64,000 nucleotides of DNA, taken from the NCBI GenBank assembly GCA_965223345.1, contig CBDCWG010000012.1, positions 1,248,001 through 1,312,000 on the forward strand. Reading direction: 5' to 3'. This DNA is from Nitrospinales bacterium. Lineage in GTDB: Bacteria; Nitrospinota; Nitrospinia; Nitrospinales; VA-1. Each line of letters begins with the position of its first letter. The first letter of the stretch is position 1. Below, one piece after another: positions 17,342-27,365 of this stretch. The notes beneath the pieces were generated by a model. It did no database searches. It saw only the letters and a list, made by a program, of their open reading frames with translations, and was not told the origin of the DNA. The position numbers and the translations under genes were made by a program.

Positions 17342-18436
17342 ATGCTGCGTTCGATTCTCTGGACGGTGTTGTTCATCGCGGTGCTGGCGGTCTCGGCTTT
17401 CGGGCTGTTGATCCTGCTGGTGTCGGGGAAAGAGGGCGGGGAAACCTGGCAGCTGGCCACCGGCGTCGGCGTGTTTTTCGTGCTGCTGGTTATCTGGTGG
17501 AAGCTGGCGCCCGGGTTCACCGGCAGGTACAACTGCACGCTCTCGGTGCTGGGCAAAGCGGTGCTGACGACGCTGTTTCTGTTTTTCACCGGCATGGCGA
17601 CGCCCTATGTGCTGGCTTCGATTCAGGGGCCGCGGCTGGAACAGAAAGTTGCCATCGAAAATTTCAAGGAGACTCCCATCGAGTGGCCGGGCTTTACCGG
17701 TCCGGTGGGGGTGCGTCTCGAATGGGATCTGGTGCATCCCTTTCACAAACTGGGGGCGTTGCATCCGCCGAAAATCTGGATGGGGACTTCGAAGCGTTTC
17801 GATCTTCCCAATGCGTATTTCAGTCTCGACCGCCATTACTTCGCCGGGAAAGGAGACACTGCCCCGCACGTGCGCCGGCTCTCGATTCTGGAGACCCTGC
17901 CTTTCGGTCCGGTCGAATCCTCCGCCGGGCTCTTGACCTCGGAAGGGCGCACGCATGTGTTCTACGATCTGTATCCCAAAAATCTCGTGCACCTTGAATC
18001 GCCGGACAAGCTGTGTCTCAACCGCGACAGCTTTCCCATCAACACGTCGCTCAAGGCGCCGGTTTACCATCAGGGCGAGGACCTGAGCGCGCTCTGGTTT
18101 TTCGCAGGCAGCTCCAACCTGACGATCGACCTGAGTCCTGCGCTCACGGACGTGCTGCGCAAGCAGAGCCGAATGCAGGGCAAGCGTGAGCAGTGGAAGG
18201 CGATGCAGAAACGCTTTCAACCCGCAGGACTGCGCAATGCGGGCTACGACCCGTGCAGCCTGTCACGCGGCAATCTGGATCATCTCAAAGGCCGGCTCTG
18301 TTTCTGCAAACTGCGGCCGGGAATAACTCCGCCGCGCCGCCTGCCGCCCGAGGTGCCGCAGATCAAACCGAAAGGCATGGCCACGTTGAACGCGGAGCCG
18401 GATCCGCAACCCTCGAGGATCCTGAAAAAGGATTGA
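17342..18436 (+). CDS. Hypothetical membrane protein (3 N-terminal TM helices plus a soluble domain)
   Basis: Three hydrophobic segments then a polar domain; GGAG RBS before ATG 17342. Confidence 0.65.
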   Translation: MLRSILWTVLFIAVLAVSAFGLLILLVSGKEGGETWQLATGVGVFFVLLVIWWKLAPGFTGRYNCTLSVLGKAVLTTLFLFFTGMATPYVLASIQGPRLEQKVAIENFKETPIEWPGFTGPVGVRLEWDLVHPFHKLGALHPPKIWMGTSKRFDLPNAYFSLDRHYFAGKGDTAPHVRRLSILETLPFGPVESSAGLLTSEGRTHVFYDLYPKNLVHLESPDKLCLNRDSFPINTSLKAPVYHQGEDLSALWFFAGSSNLTIDLSPALTDVLRKQSRMQGKREQWKAMQKRFQPAGLRNAGYDPCSLSRGNLDHLKGRLCFCKLRPGITPPRRLPPEVPQIKPKGMATLNAEPDPQPSRILKKD

Positions 18437-18533
18437 CGTGGCGCGTGCAAAAATCTGATAGGGTGCGTTAACGTATCCCGCTGACCCGAAATCGAATCCA
18501 GGGCCCCGGCCTTTTTTGAGGTGCTGTCAATAC

Positions 18534-21500
18534 ATGCAAAGCGAACCGGATTTTTCGACAGATGGGTGGAATCGTATCGGCGTTGCCGCGTTGCGCGTGT
18601 TTCTGTTCTGCGCGTTCTGGATGTTTGCCATCGTCCCGGCATCGGCGAAAAAGCCGGTGCATGTGCCCGAAGCGTTGAAGCCCTGGACCCAGTGGGTGCT
18701 CGAGGGCATGCCCTCGCGCGACTGTGCTTTTCTGTCCGTGGGCGCGCCGGCAGCGAAACCGAACGGCAAAAACGCCGCCCAAGCGCAGCGGGTGTGCGCC
18801 TGGGGATCGGCGCTCAATCTCACGGCGACGGCGCAGGGAGCGCGCTTCGATCAGCTGTGGACGCTGTACGACACGACCACGTTGTTGCTTCCCGGTGAGA
18901 AACGCCACTGGCCTGTGAAAGTGCGTGTGGGGGGTAAACCGCTGCCCGTGACCGAGCGCAACGGCCATCCCACGCTCACGCTGAAAAAGGGCAGCCACCG
19001 CATCGAAGGCCGCTTCGAATGGAACCGGATGCCGCAGTGGCTGACGCTCGGTTCCTCGACAGGGCTGGTGCGGCTAACCGTCGATGGCAAAAAAATCGAC
19101 TTTCCGCAGTTCAGCGGCGGCCGCATCGGCCTGGGTCTCAAGGAAAACAAGGACGCGCAGTCGGCTCCCGCGCGCATTCAGATCAAAGTGTTCCGCAAAA
19201 TTTACGACGACGTGCCGCTCACCACCGAGACGCGGCTGGTGCTCGATGTCTCCGGTCCCGGCCGGGAAGTGGTTCTGGGACACGCGCTGCTTTCCGGGCA
19301 CCACCCGCTCGGCATCGCGAGCCCGCTTCCCGCGCGGCTCGAGGCGGACGGGCGGCTGCGGCTGCAGGTGAAGCCGGGACACTGGGAGATCGTGATCTCG
19401 AGCCGGCATCCGCGGCACGTGCTGAAAATCCCGCTGACCGACCCCGAGGGCCCGTGGGCGGATGAAGAGATCTGGAGTTTTCAGGCCAACACGTCGCTGC
19501 GCCATCTCGAGCTTTCCGGCCTGCCCGCGATCGACCCGGTGCAGTCGGGCGTTCCGCTCAACTGGCGGCAGCTGCCGGCGTTTCGCGTGAAGCCGGGCGA
19601 CGTGCTGACCTTCAAGGAAAAGCGGCGCGGCAACGCGGAGCCCGCATCGAACGTGCTGCATCTCAAGCGCGAGATGTGGCTCGATTTTACCGGCGAGGGC
19701 TACACCGTGCAGGACCGCCTCACCGGCACCGTGCACCAGGGCTGGCGTCTCGACGCGCATCCGAAAACGCAGCTCGGCAGGGTCAATGCGGCGGGGCGCG
19801 ACCAGTTGATCACGCAGGCGAAAGACGGCACGACCGCGGGCGTGGAAGTCCGGCAGGGCGCGACCAACCTCACCGCGGTCAGCCGCATGCAGGCGAAGGG
19901 GCACGCGTTCCCGGCTGTGGGCTGGCTGCACGACGTGCAGTCTTTGAACATCCAGATGCACCTGCCGCCCGGTTACCGCCTGTTCACCGCGACGGGAGTG
20001 GATGCGGCGCACACCAGCTTCATCAGCCGCTGGACGCTGTTCGATCTGTTCATCCTGCTGATGATCACCGCCGCCGTGAGCCGTCTTTTAGGAAGGCGCT
20101 GGGGCGTCGTCGCGTTTTTCACGATCGGCCTTCTCTACCACGAACCCCACGCTCCTGTGTTCGTCTGGCTCAGCATCGTCGCCAGCCTGGCTCTGCTCAA
20201 CGTGCTGCCGGTCGGCCGGTTCCGCACGGCAGTGGTCTGGTACCGCAATCTCAGCCTGCTCGCTCTGGCGTTCATCGCGCTGCCGTTCATGATCGATCAG
20301 GCGCGGCAAAGCATCTACCCGCAACTGGAGGGACAGGGGCACCGCGCGGTGCCGCCTTACGGCGTGCGCGTGGCGTCCAAGGCGGTGGACAGACTGCAAA
20401 AGAAAGCCGCTCCCAAAATGGAACGAGGGCTCGCCGGGGACGCGCCTGCCGAACAGGAGATGGCGGAGTCGCGTTCGGAGACCTACTTCTCTTCGAAAAT
20501 GCCGGGACGCGGGGAATTCAAGCGCATCGATCCCAACGCGCAGATTCAGACCGGCCCCGGACTGCCGGCGTGGCGCTGGAATACGGTGCGCCTTTCCTGG
20601 AGCGGTCCGGTGGGGCAGGGGGAGAACGTGAAACTGTATCTCATCCCGCCGATCGTGAACCGCCTGCTGGGTTTCGTGCGGATATTTCTGATCGTCGCCC
20701 TCACCGCGGGGCTGCTTTTGCGATTACGATCCGGTCCCGGTTTTTCCGTGCCGAAAGCGGCGGCGGTGACGGCGGGCCTGGCCGCGCTGCTGTTGTTTTC
20801 CGGACCGGCGGTCGTTCCGGTTTCCGCCGAGATGCCGACGCCTGCGATGCTGCAGGAACTCAAACAGCGATTGCTCGCGCCGCCGGAATGCGGCGACCGT
20901 TGTTTTGAAATTCAGCGCGCCGAGGCGCAGGTGGAGGGCGACCGGCTGACCCTGCGGCTGGAAGCGCACGTGGAGGAAACGCTGGCTCTGCCGCTGCCGG
21001 GGAGACGGCAGCAGTGGCTGCCGCAGAGCGTTGTGCTCGACGGCAAGCCGGCGGCGGAGCTGGTGCGTTTTGCCGACAAGCCGGGCGTCTGGCTGCGCGT
21101 GACGCCGGGAATTCATCAGGTCGTGCTCACGGGACCGCTGCCGGAAACCGATCAGGTGCAGGTGTATTTTCCGCGCCGGCCGCACCGCTTTGCGGTGCGG
21201 CTCAAAGGCTGGCAGGCGGGGGGCATCCAGCAGGGCCGCCTTTTGAGCGACAGCCTGCAGCTCACGCGCATTCAGAAAGACGCCGAGAAAAGCACACTGC
21301 GTTCGGACGCGCCTCCGGTTTTCGTGGTGATCGAGCGGCTGTTGCATCTCGGTCTCGACTGGCAGGTGATCACCAAAGTGCGGCGCGTTGCGCCGCCGCA
21401 GGGACCGATCAATTTTGCGATTCCGTTGATAGACGGGGAATCGGTGCTCACCGAGGAGGTGCGCATGCAGGACGGCAACGTCCTGGTATCGCTGGGCGCG

Positions 21501-22679
21501 AGTGCGCGACAGGCGCAATGGGTTTCCACGCTGGAAAAAACCGAACGGCTGAAGCTGACCGCTCCCAACAACACGCACTGGGTGGAGCTGTGGACGCTCG
21601 ATGTGAGCCCCACGTACCACGTGGATTTTTCCGGCATCCCTCCGGTGCTGCGGCAGGGCGAGGGCGTCTGGCAGCCGAAGTTCCGGCCCTGGCCGGGGGA
21701 GAGCCTGACGCTTGATCTTTCGCGGCCGCAAGCGGTTCCCGGCAGCACGCTCGCCATCGACGCGGTGGAGCTGCGCGTGTCGCCGGGCACGCGGATGACG
21801 CAATCCGATCTGAAACTCAAGATCCGCAGCAGCCAGGGCGGGCAGCATCCCATCGTGCTTCCGGAAAACGCCCAATTGGACTCGGTGACGCTGAACGGCA
21901 AGGCCCAGCCCATCCGTCAGGAGGGAACGCACGTCGCGCTGCCCATCCGGCCGGGCGAGCAGGATTATCATCTTAGGTTTTCCATGCAGAAGGGGGTGAC
22001 CACAAAAACCGATGCGCCGCGGATCGATCTGGGGCATCCGGCGGCGAACGTGCACACCATCGTCTCCGTGCCGGCCAACCGTTGGCTGCTGTTCGTTCAG
22101 GGACCCAGCATGGGACCGGCGGTTCTGTTCTGGGGCGAGCTGTTCGTCGTGGTCGTGCTGTCGATCCTCTTGGGACGCTATTCCGGTCTGCCTCTCAAAA
22201 CCGGTCACTGGATGCTGCTGGGTGTGGCCATGAGCACCATCGCACTGACGCAGTTTCTCATCGTGGTGGTCTGGCTGTTCGCGCTGTCGCGGCGCGAAAC
22301 GCTCAACACCGAAGAATGGCCGCGCTGGCAGTTCAACCTCATGCAGGCGGGGCTGGGTTTGCTCACGGTCGTCGCCGTGGGCTGCCTGTTTTTCATCATC
22401 GGCACCGGACTGTTGAGTTCCCCGGACATGGCGGTGGTAGGCAACCACTCCTCGTCGCATTCGCTGCACTGGTTTGCCGACCGCATCCCCGGCACGCTGC
22501 CCGATGCGTGGTTCGTTTCGCTGCCGCTGTTGGTCTACCGGGTCGCCATCCTGCTGTGGGCGCTGTGGGTGGCGTTCGCGTTGCTCGGCTGGCTCAAATG
22601 GGGCTGGACCTGCTTCAGCCGCGACGGGCTGTGGCGCAAAAAGACAAAAGTGGTGGTCCCGAAAACCGGCACGGCTTGA
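18534..22679 (+). CDS. Large uncharacterised membrane protein with an internal tandem duplication
   Basis: 4.1 kb ORF with host-like codon usage; signal-like N-terminus; two beta-rich extracytoplasmic regions, each followed by a TM bundle; start uncertain. Confidence 0.85.
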   Translation: MQSEPDFSTDGWNRIGVAALRVFLFCAFWMFAIVPASAKKPVHVPEALKPWTQWVLEGMPSRDCAFLSVGAPAAKPNGKNAAQAQRVCAWGSALNLTATAQGARFDQLWTLYDTTTLLLPGEKRHWPVKVRVGGKPLPVTERNGHPTLTLKKGSHRIEGRFEWNRMPQWLTLGSSTGLVRLTVDGKKIDFPQFSGGRIGLGLKENKDAQSAPARIQIKVFRKIYDDVPLTTETRLVLDVSGPGREVVLGHALLSGHHPLGIASPLPARLEADGRLRLQVKPGHWEIVISSRHPRHVLKIPLTDPEGPWADEEIWSFQANTSLRHLELSGLPAIDPVQSGVPLNWRQLPAFRVKPGDVLTFKEKRRGNAEPASNVLHLKREMWLDFTGEGYTVQDRLTGTVHQGWRLDAHPKTQLGRVNAAGRDQLITQAKDGTTAGVEVRQGATNLTAVSRMQAKGHAFPAVGWLHDVQSLNIQMHLPPGYRLFTATGVDAAHTSFISRWTLFDLFILLMITAAVSRLLGRRWGVVAFFTIGLLYHEPHAPVFVWLSIVASLALLNVLPVGRFRTAVVWYRNLSLLALAFIALPFMIDQARQSIYPQLEGQGHRAVPPYGVRVASKAVDRLQKKAAPKMERGLAGDAPAEQEMAESRSETYFSSKMPGRGEFKRIDPNAQIQTGPGLPAWRWNTVRLSWSGPVGQGENVKLYLIPPIVNRLLGFVRIFLIVALTAGLLLRLRSGPGFSVPKAAAVTAGLAALLLFSGPAVVPVSAEMPTPAMLQELKQRLLAPPECGDRCFEIQRAEAQVEGDRLTLRLEAHVEETLALPLPGRRQQWLPQSVVLDGKPAAELVRFADKPGVWLRVTPGIHQVVLTGPLPETDQVQVYFPRRPHRFAVRLKGWQAGGIQQGRLLSDSLQLTRIQKDAEKSTLRSDAPPVFVVIERLLHLGLDWQVITKVRRVAPPQGPINFAIPLIDGESVLTEEVRMQDGNVLVSLGASARQAQWVSTLEKTERLKLTAPNNTHWVELWTLDVSPTYHVDFSGIPPVLRQGEGVWQPKFRPWPGESLTLDLSRPQAVPGSTLAIDAVELRVSPGTRMTQSDLKLKIRSSQGGQHPIVLPENAQLDSVTLNGKAQPIRQEGTHVALPIRPGEQDYHLRFSMQKGVTTKTDAPRIDLGHPAANVHTIVSVPANRWLLFVQGPSMGPAVLFWGELFVVVVLSILLGRYSGLPLKTGHWMLLGVAMSTIALTQFLIVVVWLFALSRRETLNTEEWPRWQFNLMQAGLGLLTVVAVGCLFFIIGTGLLSSPDMAVVGNHSSSHSLHWFADRIPGTLPDAWFVSLPLLVYRVAILLWALWVAFALLGWLKWGWTCFSRDGLWRKKTKVVVPKTGTA

Positions 22680-22721
22680 GAAACACGCAGGGATTCATGA
22701 ATTTTTTCTTAAGGATGTTTC

Positions 22722-23162
22722 ATGTCTGACAATTGGAAAACAAGTGACCGGCTGTTGATCGGTCTGATGGGCGGTCTCTCCGCGATCCTTGCGGCGGGGC
22801 TCTGGGCGTTGTGGATTCATTTTGCCATCCTCTGCATGCGCCCGGAAGAGGGGACCGTGGACATCAAGGTGTGGATGACCTGGGTGTTTTCCTTCGAGTT
22901 TTTCTTCACCCGCATCGCCTGGGCGGCTTTCCGCAGAATCCACGATGCGCAGCCTTCCCTGATGCCGCTGAGGGAGTGGCACCGGCTCTCCGCCATTTTG
23001 TTCGCGGTCGGGGTGATCGGCTGTATCTGGATTCACTGGGCCGCCGCGATGGTGCCCTGGACCCTGTCCTGCCTCTGCCTGTTCCTGGACAGCCGGGTGC
23101 AGCGGTTTCTGGGGCAGTTTCACGGCGCGCCGCTGTCCGGCCCAGCGAACAAAGCCGGATAG
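22722..23162 (+). CDS. Hypothetical small membrane protein
   Basis: 3-4 hydrophobic helices; AAGGA RBS; co-oriented with neighbours. Confidence 0.65.
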   Translation: MSDNWKTSDRLLIGLMGGLSAILAAGLWALWIHFAILCMRPEEGTVDIKVWMTWVFSFEFFFTRIAWAAFRRIHDAQPSLMPLREWHRLSAILFAVGVIGCIWIHWAAAMVPWTLSCLCLFLDSRVQRFLGQFHGAPLSGPANKAG

Positions 23163-23363
23163 CCGCTTTTTCCTTCCAACCTTCCCCATGCAGGTGCCAA
23201 TTTTCGTAATATTGTCTGAATTATCACAACTTATTGGCCCTCCCGCAAGCGCGGATCCGCGTAACCCCTTATAGCCAAACGATTCTTTTGTTTGGCATCT
23301 ATATTGCTGTTTTTCAAGGATATATTCCATTTCTCCCGGCAACGGAGCGCAAAGGAGGGGGCT

Positions 23364-23792
23364 GTGCGCTGTTTTTACCATTCTCAGATCGAGGCGGTGG
23401 GGAGCTGTCAGGCCTGCGCCAAGGGGTTGTGCCGCGAGTGCGCGCACGCTCTGGAAACAGGGGTCGTGTGCAAGGGGTATTGCGAGGACAAGGTCCGCAC
23501 CTTTCAGGATCTGGCGCAGACCCACGCACGCAGTCTGTCCGGTTCGGGGCGTTCGGTGCTGGTTTCCAGCCTGTCCATCGTTTTTGTGGGCGTGCTGCTG
23601 ATTCTTTTCGGCGTTCGATTTCCCGGACCGTTGTTGATGATTCCGCTTCTGGGGATCGCGTGTGTCGTTTTGGGCGTGAGCCGTTTTTACCGCAACCGTG
23701 ACGCCGTGAAACATCCGGCGCCGCTTCGGCAGGCGCAGACTCTCGAGTTGCAGCGGCCGCAGGAATCCGTGCGGGAGACAGGCACCAAATGA
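23364..23792 (+). CDS. B-box-like zinc-finger membrane protein
   Basis: AAGGAGG RBS before GTG; CFYH-x8-CQAC-x4-CREC..C..C followed by two TM helices; ATGA overlap with the next gene. Confidence 0.75.
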   Translation: MRCFYHSQIEAVGSCQACAKGLCRECAHALETGVVCKGYCEDKVRTFQDLAQTHARSLSGSGRSVLVSSLSIVFVGVLLILFGVRFPGPLLMIPLLGIACVVLGVSRFYRNRDAVKHPAPLRQAQTLELQRPQESVRETGTK

Positions 23793-24613
23793 ACAAACAA
23801 CAGACCGCTTTGTGGGCAGCCGGGATCGTCGTGGCCGGAATCCTGTTTCTGGCCGCCTACACCAACCCCTACACCCCGGAAGGGCATGAAGGCTATGTGC
23901 GTGAGATCCCCCGGGTCTGGGGCAAGGGCGGTTTCCAGGGCGATGTGAAAGGCCCGGGCAATTTCGGCGTTTCCATCTGGAACAACCGGGTGATTAACGT
24001 CGATTTCAGGCCGCGCACGCTGCAGGAGGAATTTCAGATCCTGGCGAAGGACGATCTCAACGTTTCGTTCCGGCTGCAGGGCATCTTCAAGGTCAAAGAG
24101 GGAACCATCCGCGAGGTCGTCGAACGCTACGGCGGCAAGCAGTGGTATCACCGGTTCGTCAAGGAACCGTTCCGTTCGTTCGTGCGGGATGCGGTGCGCT
24201 CCTACGATTCGCGGCAGATCAAGGAAAACCGCGTGAAGATCGCCGGCACGGTGCAGCAGCGCTTGCAGGACCACCTCAAGAGCACGCCGTTCAAGCTGAT
24301 GGAGCTGGTGGTGGGCAACATCGATTATCCCGAGGCGGTGGCCCGCGCCGTCGAGCAGAAGCTGAAAGCCCAGCAGGATCTGGAGAAGAAAGAAGTCGAG
24401 AAACAGATCGCCATCAAGGATGCGGAAATCAAAATCGAGGAAGCGAAGGGGATCGCGAAATCGCAGGAGATCATCAACAAGACGCTGACGAAGAACTACC
24501 TGCAGCACGAGGCGATCCAGGCGCAGATGGCCATGGCCAATTCGGAAAACCACACGACGGTGTACATCCCCGCCGGCACCAACGGGATTCCGCTGGTGAA
24601 GACGGTGGAATGA
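23789..24613 (+). CDS. SPFH/band 7/prohibitin family protein
   Basis: N-terminal TM anchor; AKDDLNV, VRDAVRSY, NIDYPEAVARAVEQK; EAKGIA coiled-coil tail. Confidence 0.88.
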   Translation: MNKQQTALWAAGIVVAGILFLAAYTNPYTPEGHEGYVREIPRVWGKGGFQGDVKGPGNFGVSIWNNRVINVDFRPRTLQEEFQILAKDDLNVSFRLQGIFKVKEGTIREVVERYGGKQWYHRFVKEPFRSFVRDAVRSYDSRQIKENRVKIAGTVQQRLQDHLKSTPFKLMELVVGNIDYPEAVARAVEQKLKAQQDLEKKEVEKQIAIKDAEIKIEEAKGIAKSQEIINKTLTKNYLQHEAIQAQMAMANSENHTTVYIPAGTNGIPLVKTVE

Positions 24614-24644
24614 GGATGCTGAATCGTTATTCCAGGAAAATAAA

Positions 24645-25289
24645 ATGAAAGCAAAAATCACCATCGCATTGTTGCTGCTGTTCCCGTTTCTTGCGGCTCC
24701 GTACTCCTTGGCGCAGGAGGGACCGATGCTGCACATCGTCTTTCGCTATCTTTCTCCCGAGATCCAGGAAGGCAGCTTCGAGGCGACCGCGAGAAAGGTC
24801 TGGCGTGTGGGCGACCGCTACCTGCGCATCGAAGAAGCGCCGGACCCGAAAGTGGGGCTGCACGGCCTCATCATCGTCAACGCACCGCATTCGTACATGA
24901 TCAACCGCTATGTCGATCAGGGCGTGCACATTCTGGACAAGGAGCCGGAAAACAAGGTGCACTATCCGGTGTTTCCGGGAAACGGCTCGACGAAGCTCAG
25001 CGAACTCGAGTTCGGCAAGGAAGAGGATTTTTTTCAGTACTCGGGAGCCGAGGTTCTGGACCAGCAATACATCGACGGCGACCTCTGCGACGTGTTCGAA
25101 CTCAAGGTGGACGGTTCGACCCTGACGCTGTTCGTCGCGGTGTCTTCAAAACGTCCGAAACAGATATCCATTCAGTCTCCGGAAATGGCGTATTCGATTC
25201 GCTACGAGACTTACGAGCGGCACCCGGAGCCGGACCTCGACCTGTTCGTGGTCCCGGAAGAGATCACCATAGTGGAAGCGAAATCCTGA
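24645..25289 (+). CDS. Exported hypothetical protein (LolA/DUF4412-like fold suspected)
   Basis: Signal peptide ending SLA|Q; 'IDGDLCDVFEL' and terminal 'DLFVVPE' patterns. Confidence 0.6.
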   Translation: MKAKITIALLLLFPFLAAPYSLAQEGPMLHIVFRYLSPEIQEGSFEATARKVWRVGDRYLRIEEAPDPKVGLHGLIIVNAPHSYMINRYVDQGVHILDKEPENKVHYPVFPGNGSTKLSELEFGKEEDFFQYSGAEVLDQQYIDGDLCDVFELKVDGSTLTLFVAVSSKRPKQISIQSPEMAYSIRYETYERHPEPDLDLFVVPEEITIVEAKS

Positions 25290-25380
25290 AGGCAACGCCG
25301 CCGGCCGCCGGACAGCGAGCTCCGGGAAGAGGCGGCAAGAATTCTTACTGCAGAAAAAAAGAGGAAGGGGACACTGAACC

Positions 25381-26424
25381 ATGAAACGCTCATCGGTAGT
25401 TTTCGTTTTGGTTTGCATGCTGGCATTTTCACTCCCGGTTGCGGGTTTCTCCGCTGAGAAGCCGGAGCGGGTGACCGAGGTTCCGGAAACCGTGGGGGAA
25501 GTCACCTGGGATTTCACGCCCAGCCAGTCCGTCGATTCGAGGGATCTGGGACGCGGCATGGTGTGGGCCGGGGCGGTCGAAGACATGCTCATGGAAGAGG
25601 ACGGGGACAAGGTCAGCGTGGTGCTGATCTGCCGGCACCTGTCGTTCACCGATCCGGGACCGCAGGCGATCGCCACACGCCCGATCCAGGCACGCGAGAG
25701 CAAAACGGGATTCTTCGGCGTGTTCTTCGACATCTACACGCCGATGGACGAGGTGGTCAAGCTGAAGGAAGAGATCATGGGCGAGCCGCATTTTTTGCTG
25801 GCAGCCGGTGTGCTCGATTCGGTGGTGCATCTGGCGGAGCAGGCGATTCCCCTTTTGATGCCGCATTCCATGGAAATCAACGCCCGCATGATTCAGGTCG
25901 ATGCGATGCAGGCGGCAGACGGGCAGGTTGCCCGTTCCTCAACGGGCGTGATTCAGGGCGATAACCACGCGTTCTCCATCGCCGCGCCGAAAGGCTGGGT
26001 GCTCGACAACCAGAGCGGCCAGCATCAGGGATTGCAGGCGGTGTTCTACCCCAACGGCTCCAGCTGGAAAGGCGCCCGTTCGGTTATGTACGTCAACACC
26101 GATGCGCGCAAGCCGGGACAGCCCGTGGAAGCGTACATCGAGTCCGAGTTGAAGGAATTCAGCCGCGAGTTCGGCGAGAGTTTCAACGCCCGGGAGTGGG
26201 AGGCGATCAAGACCTCCGATTCGAAATGGGCGCACGTGCGCCGCTTGACCGGCGACACCTGGGGCAACTACGAATCGATCGCCTACATTGAGGAAAGCGG
26301 CGTGTTCGTGCTGATCGTGCTCACCGCCCGCGATGAAGAAAGCTACAAACAATCGCAGCAGGCCTTCGAAGAGCTGGTCAAAAGCTACCGCTTCGTGAAA
26401 AACGAAATGCAGGTCGCCTACTAA
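25381..26424 (+). CDS. Exported two-domain hypothetical protein (C-terminal PsbP/DcrB-like domain suspected)
   Basis: Signal peptide; 'FSIAAPKGW ... FEELVKSYRF' framing typical of PsbP-like domains. Confidence 0.6.
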   Translation: MKRSSVVFVLVCMLAFSLPVAGFSAEKPERVTEVPETVGEVTWDFTPSQSVDSRDLGRGMVWAGAVEDMLMEEDGDKVSVVLICRHLSFTDPGPQAIATRPIQARESKTGFFGVFFDIYTPMDEVVKLKEEIMGEPHFLLAAGVLDSVVHLAEQAIPLLMPHSMEINARMIQVDAMQAADGQVARSSTGVIQGDNHAFSIAAPKGWVLDNQSGQHQGLQAVFYPNGSSWKGARSVMYVNTDARKPGQPVEAYIESELKEFSREFGESFNAREWEAIKTSDSKWAHVRRLTGDTWGNYESIAYIEESGVFVLIVLTARDEESYKQSQQAFEELVKSYRFVKNEMQVAY

Positions 26425-26549
26425 CCGGTTTCACGTTTTGCCCATTCTGTTCTCCACCCCATCGACAGGGAGCCGCCGTATCCGCCAGGAAGTGCTGCGG
26501 GTGCCGGCGGTGCTTTTTTGCAAACCGGGCTCGCCTCAGGGCCTTTCAC

Positions 26550-27356
26550 TCACAATTTCTTCTCCGGTTGCGCGGGGAGATGAATTCTCCGCCGCCGCGA
26601 TAGATACCGGACCAGGATCGCCCCTGCCCCCGCCGCCAGCAGGTGCTTCAACGTGTGGCCGCTCACCGTTTCTCCCAGCATGCGATAGATCTCCCCGTCG
26701 AAATGTTCCAGCACCTTCGCCCCGGCGTAACAGCCGAGGATCTGCCACAGGCAGGCTGTGCCCGTGTAGGGGGAAGTGAACATTCCCAGCATGAACGGCA
26801 GCATCAGGATCGGCAAAAACTGCACCAGAACGTAGGGTTTCAGGTCTCCCCGTCCCGCCGCTTCGGTGATATCCCAGTGCACGACGCTCGCGACGCCTGC
26901 GATCAGAAGAACGGGCAGCAGGAACAAGCCGGCCTTGAGGTGAATGCGTTCTGCGATCATGAGTGAGAAAAACCCCATGAACGTGAGGGTCATGGGCAGC
27001 CGGTCCCAGAACAGGGTGGCGGTGTTGGGATCGAGATGATAGTAGCCGGAACCGATTCCGGTGAGGAAGAGGCCTGCAAACATCGTGGCAAAGGCAAAGG
27101 CTTCCCACCGGGGGGCGACGAACTTTTGCGGATCGTTCAAGGATGCCTTGAGTTGCCAAAATCCGAGGAAACCCGCTATCACAAAAGGCAGGTTGGACAG
27201 CACGTTTAAAAAATGCGGGATGCCCAAAAAGGCGCGCTGATCGGCGAAGGCGTGGTAGGCGGGGTCCTGCGGGATCGGGTCCAGACCGAAATGCAGGAAG
27301 GCGGCGGCTGCCAGGCCGATCCCGATCAGGATGGCGACGCGGACCTCAAAGCTCAT
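26550..27356 (-). CDS. Alkaline ceramidase-like membrane hydrolase (CREST superfamily)
   Basis: YHAFAD, NVLSNLPF, SGYYH (SxxxH), WDRLPM, GHTLKH (HxxxH); about 7 TM. Confidence 0.85.
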   Translation of the reverse strand: MSFEVRVAILIGIGLAAAAFLHFGLDPIPQDPAYHAFADQRAFLGIPHFLNVLSNLPFVIAGFLGFWQLKASLNDPQKFVAPRWEAFAFATMFAGLFLTGIGSGYYHLDPNTATLFWDRLPMTLTFMGFFSLMIAERIHLKAGLFLLPVLLIAGVASVVHWDITEAAGRGDLKPYVLVQFLPILMLPFMLGMFTSPYTGTACLWQILGCYAGAKVLEHFDGEIYRMLGETVSGHTLKHLLAAGAGAILVRYLSRRRRIHLPAQPEKKL

Positions 27357-27365
27357 CGCGGGGGG

